64,000 nt of DNA from Betaproteobacteria bacterium. Its GTDB lineage: Bacteria; Pseudomonadota; Gammaproteobacteria; Burkholderiales; JACQAP01. The notes under the pieces were generated by a model. It was not told where the DNA came from. It saw only the letters and a list, made by a program, of their open reading frames with translations, and did not search any database. The stretch is taken from NCBI GenBank assembly GCA_016194905.1, contig JACQAP010000005.1, forward strand, positions 205,114-269,113. Reading direction: 5' to 3'. Shown here piece by piece: positions 9,254 to 18,492 of the stretch. Every line of letters begins with the position of its first letter. The stretch's first letter is position 1. Position numbers and translations under genes: made by a program.

Positions 9254-9978
9254 GCGAATTCAGCCGGACCGAGCTGCTGATCGCCGTCATCGCACGCCTG
9301 TTGCAGGGTTGCGCCCATGTGGCGGTCGGCGCTTCTTCGCCGGTAACCGGCGCGGGCGCACTGCTTGCGCGTTCGCAATCCGCCGGCGCGATGCGCGTCA
9401 CCGTGCTCGGTTCGCTGAAAAACAATTTCTTCACCAGCGGCGGCGTCGAACTCTTCGATCTTGCCGCGCAGGGCAGGATCGACGCGTTCTTCCTCGGCGG
9501 CGGGCAGATCGACGGCCAGGCCAACATCAATCTGGTCGGCACCGGCGACTATCCGGATACAACGGTGCGCTGGCCGGGTTCCTTCGGGTCGGCGTATCTG
9601 TACTTCCTGGTGCCGCGGGTCATCCTGTTCCGCGAAGAGCACACGCGCAGGGTCATGGTGCCGAAGGTGGATTTCATCAGCGCGCCGGGCGTGAGCGACG
9701 CCGGCGTGCATCGGCCCGGCGGCCCTCACGCGCTGCTCACCGGACTGGGATTGTTTTCCTTCGACCGCGCGCGCCGCCGCTTCCGGCTGGAGAGCGTGCA
9801 CCCCGGGCACAGCATCGAGGAAATCCGCGACAACACCGGCTTCGAATTCGACTGCCCGGCGCAAGTCCCGGCCACGCCGGCCCCGGATGCTTCCATTCTG
9901 GCGGCCATCCGCAACCGCATCCGCGGCGACATAGCGGAAACCTATCCGCACTTCGCAGCTGCCCTCTCGGCCGCCTAG
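9250..9978 (+). CDS. CoA-transferase family, subunit B-like
   Basis: ATG at 9250 overlaps the stop of subunit A (ATGA). MSEFSRTELLIAVIARLL... and GGGQIDGQANINLVG are typical of beta subunits. It is the downstream part of ORF 8380..9978. Confidence 0.8.
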   Translation: MSEFSRTELLIAVIARLLQGCAHVAVGASSPVTGAGALLARSQSAGAMRVTVLGSLKNNFFTSGGVELFDLAAQGRIDAFFLGGGQIDGQANINLVGTGDYPDTTVRWPGSFGSAYLYFLVPRVILFREEHTRRVMVPKVDFISAPGVSDAGVHRPGGPHALLTGLGLFSFDRARRRFRLESVHPGHSIEEIRDNTGFEFDCPAQVPATPAPDASILAAIRNRIRGDIAETYPHFAAALSAA

Positions 9979-10081
9979 CTGTTTTTTTTGGATCGGCCGA
10001 CTTTCATGTGGATCGAAAGTATGTTTGCATTGGCTTCCGGGATAGGCGCAGCAACGCGATGAGTATCCTCATAAATCTAAA

Positions 10082-10248
10082 ACATTCACCGCAAGGGACG
10101 CCAAGGACGCCAAGGAAAACGAAGTAGAACAGGCCTCGACGGAAGTATGCAGTGCCCGCCGCTTCGGGTTCACGGGTGGCTCTTTGTACTTTCCATGTCT
10201 TTGACTTTCCCTTGCGTCCTTGGCGTCCTTTGCGGTGAGGTCTTTTTG
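10082..10248. repeat. Palindromic MITE-like element, copy 3
   Basis: Arms cattcaccgcaagggacgccaaggacgccaagg and ccttgcgtccttggcgtcctttgcggtgagg. Confidence 0.85.
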
Positions 10249-10304
10249 ACTCTCACGCCCAACTTGCCTGTCTTCAATCTCGGGAAAGTCAGACGCACCT
10301 CTTT

Positions 10305-11045
10305 TTAATGGGCGAGGACCGCCGCACCCAGCATGGTCAGCCCGGACACGAGCAGCAAGCCTTCGATCAGCAGACTGAACTGTTCGGCCTTCAGTTTGAG
10401 CACCAGCCGCTTTGCCACGAAAGAACCGACCATCAGCGAGCTGCCGATGATCAGGCCCTTGGAGAATATGTCCATGGGCAGCGCCCCGAAGCTGCGAAAC
10501 ACGATCGCCTTGCTCGTATAGACCGCCAGCGAGCCCAGCGCCTCGGTCGCGAGGTAAGCGCCCTTGACCAGGCCCAGCGCCAAAAAGAAAGGGGCGTTGA
10601 TCGGACCGGTCGACACCACAATGCCGGTGATGTAGCCGACCAGCGCCCCGGCCAGCGCCAGTTGCCAGAGATTGATGCGCAGATTGTGCCCGGCCAGCCA
10701 GCGCCGTGCCGGAATCACCGCCAGGAAGAACAGGCCCATGGCAATCTCGATCCAGCGCTGCGGGATGGCCAGCAGCGTGGACGCTCCCAACGCTGCCGCC
10801 GGAACACCGGTCGCGGAATAGGCGGCGAACGCGCGCCAGTCAACGTCCCGCCACCACACCAGCGCGCGCGACGCGTTCGCCAGCAGCGCCGCCACCGCCA
10901 TGATCGGCACCGCTTCGCGCGGACCGAACAGGATCACCAGTACCGGCATCAGCATGATCGACGAGCCGAAGCCGATGACCCCGCCGAGCGTGCCGGCCAC
11001 CACGCCCAGGAGCAGTACCGCCAGCAGATCCAGGTGCAGGAACAT
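10305..11045 (-). CDS. TauE/SafE (TSUP, DUF81) family anion exporter
   Basis: 246-aa polytopic membrane protein with the Gly-rich repeated helices typical of TSUP transporters. Divergent from a LysR gene. Confidence 0.8.
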   Translation of the reverse strand: MFLHLDLLAVLLLGVVAGTLGGVIGFGSSIMLMPVLVILFGPREAVPIMAVAALLANASRALVWWRDVDWRAFAAYSATGVPAAALGASTLLAIPQRWIEIAMGLFFLAVIPARRWLAGHNLRINLWQLALAGALVGYITGIVVSTGPINAPFFLALGLVKGAYLATEALGSLAVYTSKAIVFRSFGALPMDIFSKGLIIGSSLMVGSFVAKRLVLKLKAEQFSLLIEGLLLVSGLTMLGAAVLAH

Positions 11046-11192
11046 TGCGTCCTTTTCGTCCAGGCGAGCCGAATCCGTCGCTGGAGTAAAATGAAATCAT
11101 CTTAACGTTTGTGCAACGACTCGCAGGCGCAATCGAGCTTGCGCCGCGGCCCGATTCCAGGCGCAGCGTTCACCGACCGAACCAGGCGCGCC

Positions 11193-12116
11193 ATGGAACT
11201 GCGGCAACTCGAATACTTCATCGCCATCGCGGAAACCGGTGCGTTCTCGCGTGCGGCCGTTCGCCTCTCGGTCGGCCAGCCGATCCTGAGCCGGCAGATG
11301 AAGGCGCTGGAACAGGAACTGGGCACCGAGCTCTACCATCGCACTGGCCGCGGCATCGTGCTGAGCGAAGCCGGAAAAATTCTCGAACAACATGCGCGCG
11401 GCGTCCTCGAAACCACCGCCGGTGCGCGGCGTGCGATCAATGCGCTGGGTTCCGCACCGGCCGGCCGCGTGGTGATCGGCATGCCGCCTTCGGTCGGTGC
11501 GGTATTGACGGACTCGCTGGTGCGCCAGTTCCGCGCCGAATTTCCGAAAGTCTCGCTCGGCGTCATGGAAGGCTTCAGCGGCCATGTTCTGGAATGGCTG
11601 ACGACCGGGCGTATCGACGTCGCCGTGCTGTATAACGCACCGCGCACCAGCGCGCTGGTGACCGATCCGCTGCTGACCGACGAGTTGTTCCTGCTCGGCC
11701 CGGTCGGCGATCCGGCCGGGGCCGGCAACGGTGACGTCGCCGCGTCGCATCTCGCCAGGATTCCGCTGATTCTGCCGAGCCGGCCTCACGGTTTGCGCGT
11801 ACTGGTCGATGATTTCCTTTCGGGAATCGGTGTCGCACCCAACGTGCAGGTGGAGATCGACGCGATGCCGTCCACGCTCAGCCTGGTCGAGGGCGGCATC
11901 GGCTATACGATCCTGTCGTATTCCAGCGCACACCATTTGATCGAAGCGGGCCGCATCAGGAAGTGGTCGATCGTCGACCCGACGATGACGCGATCGCTGG
12001 TGGTCGCGACCTCGACGCAACGGCCGGTGACCAAGGCCGCCAGGGCCCTGGTCGGTTTCGTGCGCAAACAGGTCGACACGCTGGTCGAAGAAGGACGCTG
12101 GGCGCCGAGAAGTTAG
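11193..12116 (+). CDS. LysR family transcriptional regulator
   Basis: N-terminal HTH MELRQLEYFIAIAETGAFSRAAVRLSVGQPILSRQMKALEQELG. Start placed at the internal ATG of ORF 11109..12116. Confidence 0.9.
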   Translation: MELRQLEYFIAIAETGAFSRAAVRLSVGQPILSRQMKALEQELGTELYHRTGRGIVLSEAGKILEQHARGVLETTAGARRAINALGSAPAGRVVIGMPPSVGAVLTDSLVRQFRAEFPKVSLGVMEGFSGHVLEWLTTGRIDVAVLYNAPRTSALVTDPLLTDELFLLGPVGDPAGAGNGDVAASHLARIPLILPSRPHGLRVLVDDFLSGIGVAPNVQVEIDAMPSTLSLVEGGIGYTILSYSSAHHLIEAGRIRKWSIVDPTMTRSLVVATSTQRPVTKAARALVGFVRKQVDTLVEEGRWAPRS

Positions 12117-12123
12117 TTCGGGC

Positions 12124-12306
12124 TGAACCACGGAGGGCACGGAGAACACGGAGAGAAAAATATCGGGATTTTTATTGGGCACCAATCGATGTATCGACGA
12201 CAATATTTTTATTCGCGCCCCGATGGGTTCGTCCCGTCTGTTCATTTGTTCTTTATCTGCCTCGCTGTTGCTTTTCCTCCGTGTCCTCCGTGGTGAATGG
12301 TTTTGA
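12124..12306. repeat. Palindromic MITE-like element, copy 4 (arm unit cacggagg)
   Basis: Left arm accacggagggcacggagaacacggagag pairs with right arm cctccgtgtcctccgtggtgaatgg. Same architecture as the other copies with a different arm sequence. Confidence 0.75.
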
Positions 12307-12309
12307 CTT

Positions 12310-13107
12310 TCATCCGATAGGATCGGCGTCGAGCCGCACGATCCAGTCTTCCATGCCGGCACGCGCGGCAGGATAACGGTCCATCACCAGCGGGTCGTGC
12401 CCGGGAATGATGTGCCGGGGCGATGTCGCCAGCCGGCGCAGGGTGTTGAATCCTTCGAGCATGTCGTTGAGATTGTAGAGAATCGGGAAAGCGCGATCCT
12501 GCTCCATGTGCGCATAGAAATGGCTGGCGTCGGAAGCCAGCACAACCCATCCCCTGCGCGTGCGCACGCGCACCGACTGCATGCCTTTGGTGTGCCCGCC
12601 GATATGATGTACCTCGATGCCCGGTGCGATCTCGGCCGGTCCATCGTGGAACTGGACGCGCTGGTCGAACACGCACCGCACCATATGCACCACGTCGTCG
12701 GCCTCGTAGCCGTGGCGCATCATGCCGTGGCACATGCAGCGGCCGGTGGCGAAATCCATCTCCTTGTCCTGCAGATGGTAGCGGGCGTTGGCAAACAGCG
12801 GAATATTGCCGGCGTGGTCGTAGTGCATGTGGGTGATGATCACGTCCTTGACCTTCTCCGGCTCGATGCCCAGCGCCTTGACGCCTTCCGCGACCGGCCG
12901 GACGATCTGGCGGTTGCGCTTCTTCGCCATGGTCTCGTTGAAGCCGGTGTCCACCACGATGCTGCGCTCTCTGTTCGAGACTACCCAGACGTAGTAGTTC
13001 AGCGGCATCTCCGTGTCGTGCGCATCACCGCCGATGAAGTTATCCGGCGAACGGCGCATCAGCCGGGCGTATTTGATCGCGTAGATTTCGTAAGATTCTT
13101 CCGTCAT
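12310..13107 (-). CDS. MBL-fold metallo-hydrolase (lactonase-like)
   Basis: HxHxDH motif ITHMHYDHAGN. Start placed at MTEESYEIYAIKY inside ORF 12310..13176. Confidence 0.8.
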   Translation of the reverse strand: MTEESYEIYAIKYARLMRRSPDNFIGGDAHDTEMPLNYYVWVVSNRERSIVVDTGFNETMAKKRNRQIVRPVAEGVKALGIEPEKVKDVIITHMHYDHAGNIPLFANARYHLQDKEMDFATGRCMCHGMMRHGYEADDVVHMVRCVFDQRVQFHDGPAEIAPGIEVHHIGGHTKGMQSVRVRTRRGWVVLASDASHFYAHMEQDRAFPILYNLNDMLEGFNTLRRLATSPRHIIPGHDPLVMDRYPAARAGMEDWIVRLDADPIG

Positions 13108-13144
13108 CGTCCTGCTCTCCCGCGTCTGTTGCGTCGATGGCAGT

Positions 13145-13534
13145 TTACTTCTTCTCGTTGCGATCGAATTCGGCAAAGGTTTCCTTCGCCACGCGGAAGG
13201 CGTCCACTCCCGCCGGGATGCCGCAGTAGATCGCGACCTGCAGCAGCACTTCGCGGATTTCGGCCCTGGTCACGCCATTGCGTAATGCGCCGCCGATGTG
13301 CATCTTCAGTTCGTGCGGCCGATTCAGCGCGGAGAGCATCGCCAGGTTCAGCATGCTGCGGGTTTTCTTCGGCAGTTCCTCCCGGCCCCATACCGCGCCC
13401 CAGCAGTATTCCGTAGTGAGCCTCTGCATCGGCATGTTGAAGTCGTCGGCGGCGGCAATGGATTTTTCCACGAACTCGGCGCCGAGCACGGACTTGCGGA
13501 TTTCGAGACCCTTCTTGAACAAATCGTCATTCAT
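13145..13534 (-). CDS. Carboxymuconolactone decarboxylase family protein (PcaC-like)
   Basis: 129 aa with TRSMLNLAMLSALNRPHELKMHIGGALRNGVTRAEIREVLLQVAIYCGIPAG, typical of the CMD family. Confidence 0.85.
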   Translation of the reverse strand: MNDDLFKKGLEIRKSVLGAEFVEKSIAAADDFNMPMQRLTTEYCWGAVWGREELPKKTRSMLNLAMLSALNRPHELKMHIGGALRNGVTRAEIREVLLQVAIYCGIPAGVDAFRVAKETFAEFDRNEKK

Positions 13535-13616
13535 TTCTAATCTCCTGAATTAAAGAACTACAGCCAAAACAAATCTCAACGCAGATACCCTACGTGCGTA
13601 GCACGTCGGAGTACCC

Positions 13617-13768
13617 TTTTAGGCGCAGAGAACGCGGAGGACGCAGAGGAAAGGAAAAAGAACAACGAGAATTGCATGCGGTTCATACCGATACTCCACG
13701 ATACCCGTATTTCATCGCTTTCTCCGCGTTCTCTCTCTTCCCTCTGCGCCCTCTGCGTCAACGCTCTT
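13617..13768. repeat. Palindromic MITE-like element, copy 5 (arm unit cgcagagg)
   Basis: Left arm aggcgcagagaacgcggaggacgcagagg pairs with right arm ccctctgcgccctctgcgtcaacgc. Confidence 0.7.
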
Positions 13769-13784
13769 GATCTTGCATTTTGCT

Positions 13785-15029
13785 TTACGGTTTTGGCCAG
13801 ATGGGCGCAGAGATAGCGTCCTTGGCCGGATACACGGTGATGGGCACGCCTTTCTGCCATTGCACGATCAGCAGGCTGGCGCCTTCGCGCCGGCCGTTGT
13901 CGTCGAATTTCAGCTTGCCATTGCCCGGAAAAAAGCTCGCAGGTCCCCCGGTCAGGTTCATCGCGTGCAATGCGTTTGCCACGGCTTCGCGATCGGCCTT
14001 TCCTGCGGCTTCCAGCGCGGCCTTGAAGATCCACATGTCCCCGTACGTCGTCACGAAGTGCTGGGTCGGCCATGGCTCGGCGGTCTTCTTCTTCACTTCG
14101 GCGACGAAATCCTTCTGTGCGCCGGTGGTCCAGTTGGCGACCACCGCCATCACGCCTTCGAGTTGCTCGATGTTCATGTTGTTGCGCAGATCCGGATCGA
14201 GGATCGCCGCGCCGTTGGAGATCGTCGGCAGCTTGCCGCGCCCGAGGCCGAATTCGTTCATTTTTTCCAGCAGCAGCTTCGCATCCGGAATCGCCGTCGG
14301 CAGCAGCAGCAGGATATCCGGCCGCGCCGAGCGCAGCTTCTGGATCAGCGGCGTCGCATTGGCCAGGGGCGGCGTGAAGGTCTCGTCCACTACCAGCGAC
14401 AGCCCCAGCTTGGCGAGCTGGTGATCGCGCATCGGTTTGACGAATGCCACCGAGGCGGCGGTGTTGTCCATCACGATGCCGATGGTCTTCGGTCGCTGCC
14501 CGGACGCCTTTTCCGCCATTTCCAGCAATGCCGGCAGCGAACCTTCGGCCTGCTGCACGCCGGTCGCGGAAGTCTGGAACACATATTTGAAGCCGCGCGA
14601 GGTGATCAGGTCCGAATAGGAAAAGGTGACCACCGGCAACTGGGCGCGCTCGGTAACCTCGGTGACGGCCAGTGTAAACGAACTCAGATACGCACCGGTG
14701 GCCACGACCAGGTTCGGCGAGTCGGCGACCATGCGCTGTGCGGCGTTCTTCGCTTTCTCGACGGTATCGCCCGCGTCGAATACGCTGAGCTTCAGTTTCG
14801 CGCCACCCAGCGACTTGATGCCGCCCTGCTGATTGATCGATTCGATCGCCATGTCGGCGGCTATTTTCATTACCTGGCCTTGGCGAGCCCACGGGCCCGA
14901 CATCGGTGCGATCAGCCCGACCTCGACCTCCCTGGTCTGCGCAGAAGCATCGAACATCGCGACCAGTGTCGCCGTTGCCAGCACCAGGCCGAGCGCCCGC
15001 TTTCCCTTCGAGATGATTGTGTTTCGCAT
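13785..15029 (-). CDS. ABC transporter substrate-binding protein (LivK/branched-chain amino acid type)
   Basis: 414 aa with a signal peptide and a type I periplasmic binding fold pattern. First gene of a Liv-like operon. Confidence 0.9.
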   Translation of the reverse strand: MRNTIISKGKRALGLVLATATLVAMFDASAQTREVEVGLIAPMSGPWARQGQVMKIAADMAIESINQQGGIKSLGGAKLKLSVFDAGDTVEKAKNAAQRMVADSPNLVVATGAYLSSFTLAVTEVTERAQLPVVTFSYSDLITSRGFKYVFQTSATGVQQAEGSLPALLEMAEKASGQRPKTIGIVMDNTAASVAFVKPMRDHQLAKLGLSLVVDETFTPPLANATPLIQKLRSARPDILLLLPTAIPDAKLLLEKMNEFGLGRGKLPTISNGAAILDPDLRNNMNIEQLEGVMAVVANWTTGAQKDFVAEVKKKTAEPWPTQHFVTTYGDMWIFKAALEAAGKADREAVANALHAMNLTGGPASFFPGNGKLKFDDNGRREGASLLIVQWQKGVPITVYPAKDAISAPIWPKP

Positions 15030-15056
15030 GCTGTCCTCCTCCGTTCTTGTTGACTG

Positions 15057-15764
15057 CTACATGCCGAGATACGCCTGGCGTATCCGGTCGTTGCTTTTCA
15101 GTTCGTCGTGGCTGCCTTCGAGTACGACGCGTCCGGCCTCGAGCACGTAGCCACGGTCGGCATAGTGCAGCGCCTCGGCCACGCGCTGCTCCACCAGCAG
15201 CACGGTCAGGCCCGAGTTGGAATGGATGGAAACGATGCGTTCGAATATTTCATCGGCGGCGGCCGGCGCCAGTCCCATCGAGGGCTCGTCGAGCATCAGC
15301 AATTTCGGCGACGACGCCAGGCCGCGCGCAATCGCCAACATCTGCTGCTGTCCGCCCGACAACGCCCCCGCCTGTGCCTTCGCGCGCTCCGCAAGCACCG
15401 GGAACCCGCTGTAGATCTTTTCCAGATTCTCTTTCCACGCGCGACGGCCCGCTTCGGTGTACGCGCCCATCTCCAGGTTTTCCAGCACCGTCAGCGACGC
15501 AAACACCTGGCGGCCTTCGGGAATGTGCGCAATGCCCAGATGCGGCCGCGACGACGGCGCGACCGCCAGCAGATCCCTGCCTGCGAATCGGATGTGGCCT
15601 GAAGTCGGCCGGACGATACCGGAGATGGTTTTGAACAGCGTCGTCTTGCCGGCCCCGTTGGGGCCGACGATCGCCGCGAACTCGCCCGGCTTCACGCGCA
15701 GCGTGACTGAGTTCAGGACCGGCACCGATCCGTAGCCGGCACTTAAGGAGTCGATCTCAAGCAT
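15057..15764 (-). CDS. livF: ABC transporter ATP-binding protein (LivF-like)
   Basis: Walker A GPNGAGKTT, signature LSGGQQQML and Walker B LLMLDEPS. Start at MLEIDSL overlaps the upstream gene end. Confidence 0.9.
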   Translation of the reverse strand: MLEIDSLSAGYGSVPVLNSVTLRVKPGEFAAIVGPNGAGKTTLFKTISGIVRPTSGHIRFAGRDLLAVAPSSRPHLGIAHIPEGRQVFASLTVLENLEMGAYTEAGRRAWKENLEKIYSGFPVLAERAKAQAGALSGGQQQMLAIARGLASSPKLLMLDEPSMGLAPAAADEIFERIVSIHSNSGLTVLLVEQRVAEALHYADRGYVLEAGRVVLEGSHDELKSNDRIRQAYLGM

Positions 15765-17535
15765 TCGCGATCCTCCAGCGCTTGCCGAGATAAGCATCGA
15801 TCACCGCGGTATTGCGCGTGATGTCTTCGGGCAGCCCTTCGGCCAGCAGCGCGCCTTCGTTGAGTACCACGAAGCGATCCACCAGACGCACCATCGCCTG
15901 CATGGTGTGCTCGATGATGACGATGGTGATGCCGTGCGCCGCGAGCTTGCGGACCACTGCAATGACTTCCTCGACTTCGCCCGCCCCCAGGCCGGCCAGC
16001 GTTTCGTCGAGCAGCAGCAATCTGGGTTTGCCGGCCAGTGCGCGCGCGATCTCCAGCAGCCGCAACTGCTTGTTGGTCAGCGCTCCCGCCGGTTGCTGCG
16101 CCTCGCCTTGCAACCCGACCTGGACCAGGGCCTCCTCCGCCACGATACGTGCCTTTGAGTCCGACGCCGCATTGACGTAAGCACCGACCACCACGTTTTC
16201 CAGCACGCTCATGCGCCGGAACGGCCTGACGACTTGAAAGGTGCGGCCCACTCCCGCCGCGCAGATTTCGTAAGGCCGGCGGCCGACGATGTCCTTGCCC
16301 TCCAGCAGGATCTGACCGTGGTCGGGCCGGATGAAGCCGTTCAGCAGATTGAACAACGTGGTCTTGCCGGCGCCGTTCGGTCCGATGATGCCGAGGATCT
16401 CGCCATGCATGACCTGGATGCTGACGTCGCGCACCGCCTTGAGCCCGCCGAAAGCCTTCGACGCATTGCGCACTTCGAACACGATTGCGCCGTCCGGATT
16501 CTTTTTCCTCGCCGGCAGCGCGACAACGATCGCGCTCGTCCGGCCGGCGACCGGTGCCTCCTGCGTGCGACGGCGCAACACGATGTCCTTCACCTTCCAG
16601 AACACGCCCTCCGGCGCCAGCAGGATCACGGCGACGATCGCCACGCCATAAACCACGCCCTGGATGCCCGGAATCACATTGCCGAGTTTCGCGTGCAGGA
16701 ATTCGCTCAGCGGAACCAGCACCAGCGCGCCGATCACCGGCCCCCACAGCGTGCCCACGCCGCCGAACATCGCGACGATCAGCGCCTGCGCCGAGACCAG
16801 CATGCCGAACACCGCCGGTGGCGTCACCACCAGCAGCACGACTGCGTAGAATCCGCCCGCTGCGCCGGCCAGTGCGCCGCTCAGCGTGATCGCCTTGAGC
16901 TTCCACGCCAGCGTGCGAATGCCGGCGGCTTCGGCGGCGGCTTCATCCTCACGGATCGCCACCAACGACATGCCGAAGCGCGAGCGTTCGACCAGGCTGG
17001 TCAGCACCATCGCCCCGATCATCAGCGCCAGTGCAAACCACACGTAGATGCGGTGATCCTCGAATTGCATGTAAGCGAAGGCATGCTCGCGCTGCATCGG
17101 CAGCGCCAGTTCCTGGTAACCCAGCCACTCGAACACGTAGAGCAGCGCAAGCGGGTACGCCAGCATGGCGAGCGCGAAATAGTGGCCGCGCAGGCGGAAG
17201 GTCGGAATGCCGACTACCAGGCCCGCGAGAGCCCCGACGACCGCGGCACAGGGAATGCCGAGCCAGGGCGACAGGCCCCAGTGAATCTGCGCCAGCGCGA
17301 CGAAATAGGCGCCGAGGCCGAAGAACGCGGCATGGCCGAAGGACACGAAGCCGCTGTATCCGCTCAACAGGTTCCACGCGAGTCCCATCACCGCCCACAC
17401 CGGCACGACCGCGAGGATCAGCAGATAGTAGGAATGCTCGACGAACGCAGCGAGCAGGCCATACGCCACGGCAAATGCCGCAATCAGCAACGCCTGGCGG
17501 CGCCAGTTAGTTGCGAGAGAATCCGTGCCCGGCAC
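15757..17535 (-). CDS. Fused ABC permease (LivM-like) and ATPase (LivG-like)
   Basis: 592 aa. The N-terminal ~330 aa are polytopic; the C-terminus has GPNGAGKTT, LTNKQLRLLEIARAL and LLLLDE motifs. Confidence 0.85.
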   Translation of the reverse strand: MPGTDSLATNWRRQALLIAAFAVAYGLLAAFVEHSYYLLILAVVPVWAVMGLAWNLLSGYSGFVSFGHAAFFGLGAYFVALAQIHWGLSPWLGIPCAAVVGALAGLVVGIPTFRLRGHYFALAMLAYPLALLYVFEWLGYQELALPMQREHAFAYMQFEDHRIYVWFALALMIGAMVLTSLVERSRFGMSLVAIREDEAAAEAAGIRTLAWKLKAITLSGALAGAAGGFYAVVLLVVTPPAVFGMLVSAQALIVAMFGGVGTLWGPVIGALVLVPLSEFLHAKLGNVIPGIQGVVYGVAIVAVILLAPEGVFWKVKDIVLRRRTQEAPVAGRTSAIVVALPARKKNPDGAIVFEVRNASKAFGGLKAVRDVSIQVMHGEILGIIGPNGAGKTTLFNLLNGFIRPDHGQILLEGKDIVGRRPYEICAAGVGRTFQVVRPFRRMSVLENVVVGAYVNAASDSKARIVAEEALVQVGLQGEAQQPAGALTNKQLRLLEIARALAGKPRLLLLDETLAGLGAGEVEEVIAVVRKLAAHGITIVIIEHTMQAMVRLVDRFVVLNEGALLAEGLPEDITRNTAVIDAYLGKRWRIANA

Positions 17536-17536
17536 G

Positions 17537-18490
17537 TCAGGTCCTCCTCATCGCCGTGCCGAACAACCCTTGCGGACGCAGCAGCACGATGAACAGGAAG
17601 ACGACGAAGATCGCGGTGTTTTGCAACTGGTTCGGCAGGAACAGTGTCGACATCTGCTGCACCAGGCCGATGGTCAGGCCGCCGAGGAAAGCGCCCGACA
17701 CGCTGCCCAGGCCGCCGAGCACCACGCCCGCGTACATCACGATGACGTACTCGAGACCGACGTAAGGCTGGAACGACGTGCCGGATGCCAGCAGTCCGCC
17801 GCCGATGGCGGTGATCGCCACCCCGAACCCGAACGCGAGCCGATGGGACTGGGCGACGTCGATACCCATGTAAGTCGCCGCCTCGGGATTGTCGGCCGCG
17901 GCGCGCAGCGATTTCCCCAGCCGCGAACGGCTCATGATCATGACGAAGGCGAGCACCACGACGACGGCGATGGCCGCGGCGACCGTCTGTCCCTGGTTGA
18001 CGAAGACTTCGATCCTGTCGCCGTACAGCGGGCCAAGCGCCCAGGCGTTGGAGGCGAGCGGCGTCGAAATCGAAACCGGCGTCGAGCCGAACAGGTAGAG
18101 GCCGCCGTTCTGCAGGATCAGGGCCAGGCCGAGCGTCAGGATCAATTGCGCGTAATGGCCTTCCGACTGCAGCGTGCTGCCGTGCATGCCGGTGACTTTG
18201 CTGATCAGCAGCCGGTGCACCAGTACGCCCGCGAGGAAGATCACCGGCCCCGCGATCAGGGCGGCGACGTATGGTCCGACCGTTGCGCCGAACATCGCAT
18301 GGATGCCCAGCACGCCGAAGACATAATAGGCTACGTACATGCCGAGCATCATGAAGTCGCCGTGGGCGAAATTGATGACGCGCATGACGCCGAAGATCAC
18401 GCTCAGGCCCACGCACATCAGCCCGTAGATCGACCCGGTCAGCAGCCCCGCGATCAGCGCCTGCAGGAAGTTCTCCAGGAACTGCGACAC
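17537..18490 (-). CDS. livH: ABC permease (LivH-like)
   Basis: GTG at 18490, just downstream of the upstream gene's stop codon (18493-18495). Begins VSQFLENFLQALIAGLLTGSIYGLM, typical of LivH. It is the downstream part of ORF 17537..19264. Confidence 0.8.
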   Translation of the reverse strand: MSQFLENFLQALIAGLLTGSIYGLMCVGLSVIFGVMRVINFAHGDFMMLGMYVAYYVFGVLGIHAMFGATVGPYVAALIAGPVIFLAGVLVHRLLISKVTGMHGSTLQSEGHYAQLILTLGLALILQNGGLYLFGSTPVSISTPLASNAWALGPLYGDRIEVFVNQGQTVAAAIAVVVVLAFVMIMSRSRLGKSLRAAADNPEAATYMGIDVAQSHRLAFGFGVAITAIGGGLLASGTSFQPYVGLEYVIVMYAGVVLGGLGSVSGAFLGGLTIGLVQQMSTLFLPNQLQNTAIFVVFLFIVLLRPQGLFGTAMRRT

Positions 18491-18492
18491 GC

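Noticed and set aside
15757-17535. LivM-LivG fusion as a novelty.
   Set aside because: The reading frame is continuous and both halves look intact. Fused permease-ATPase genes in Liv-type ABC operons are, to my knowledge, seen in other genomes. This is not evidence of anything unusual here.
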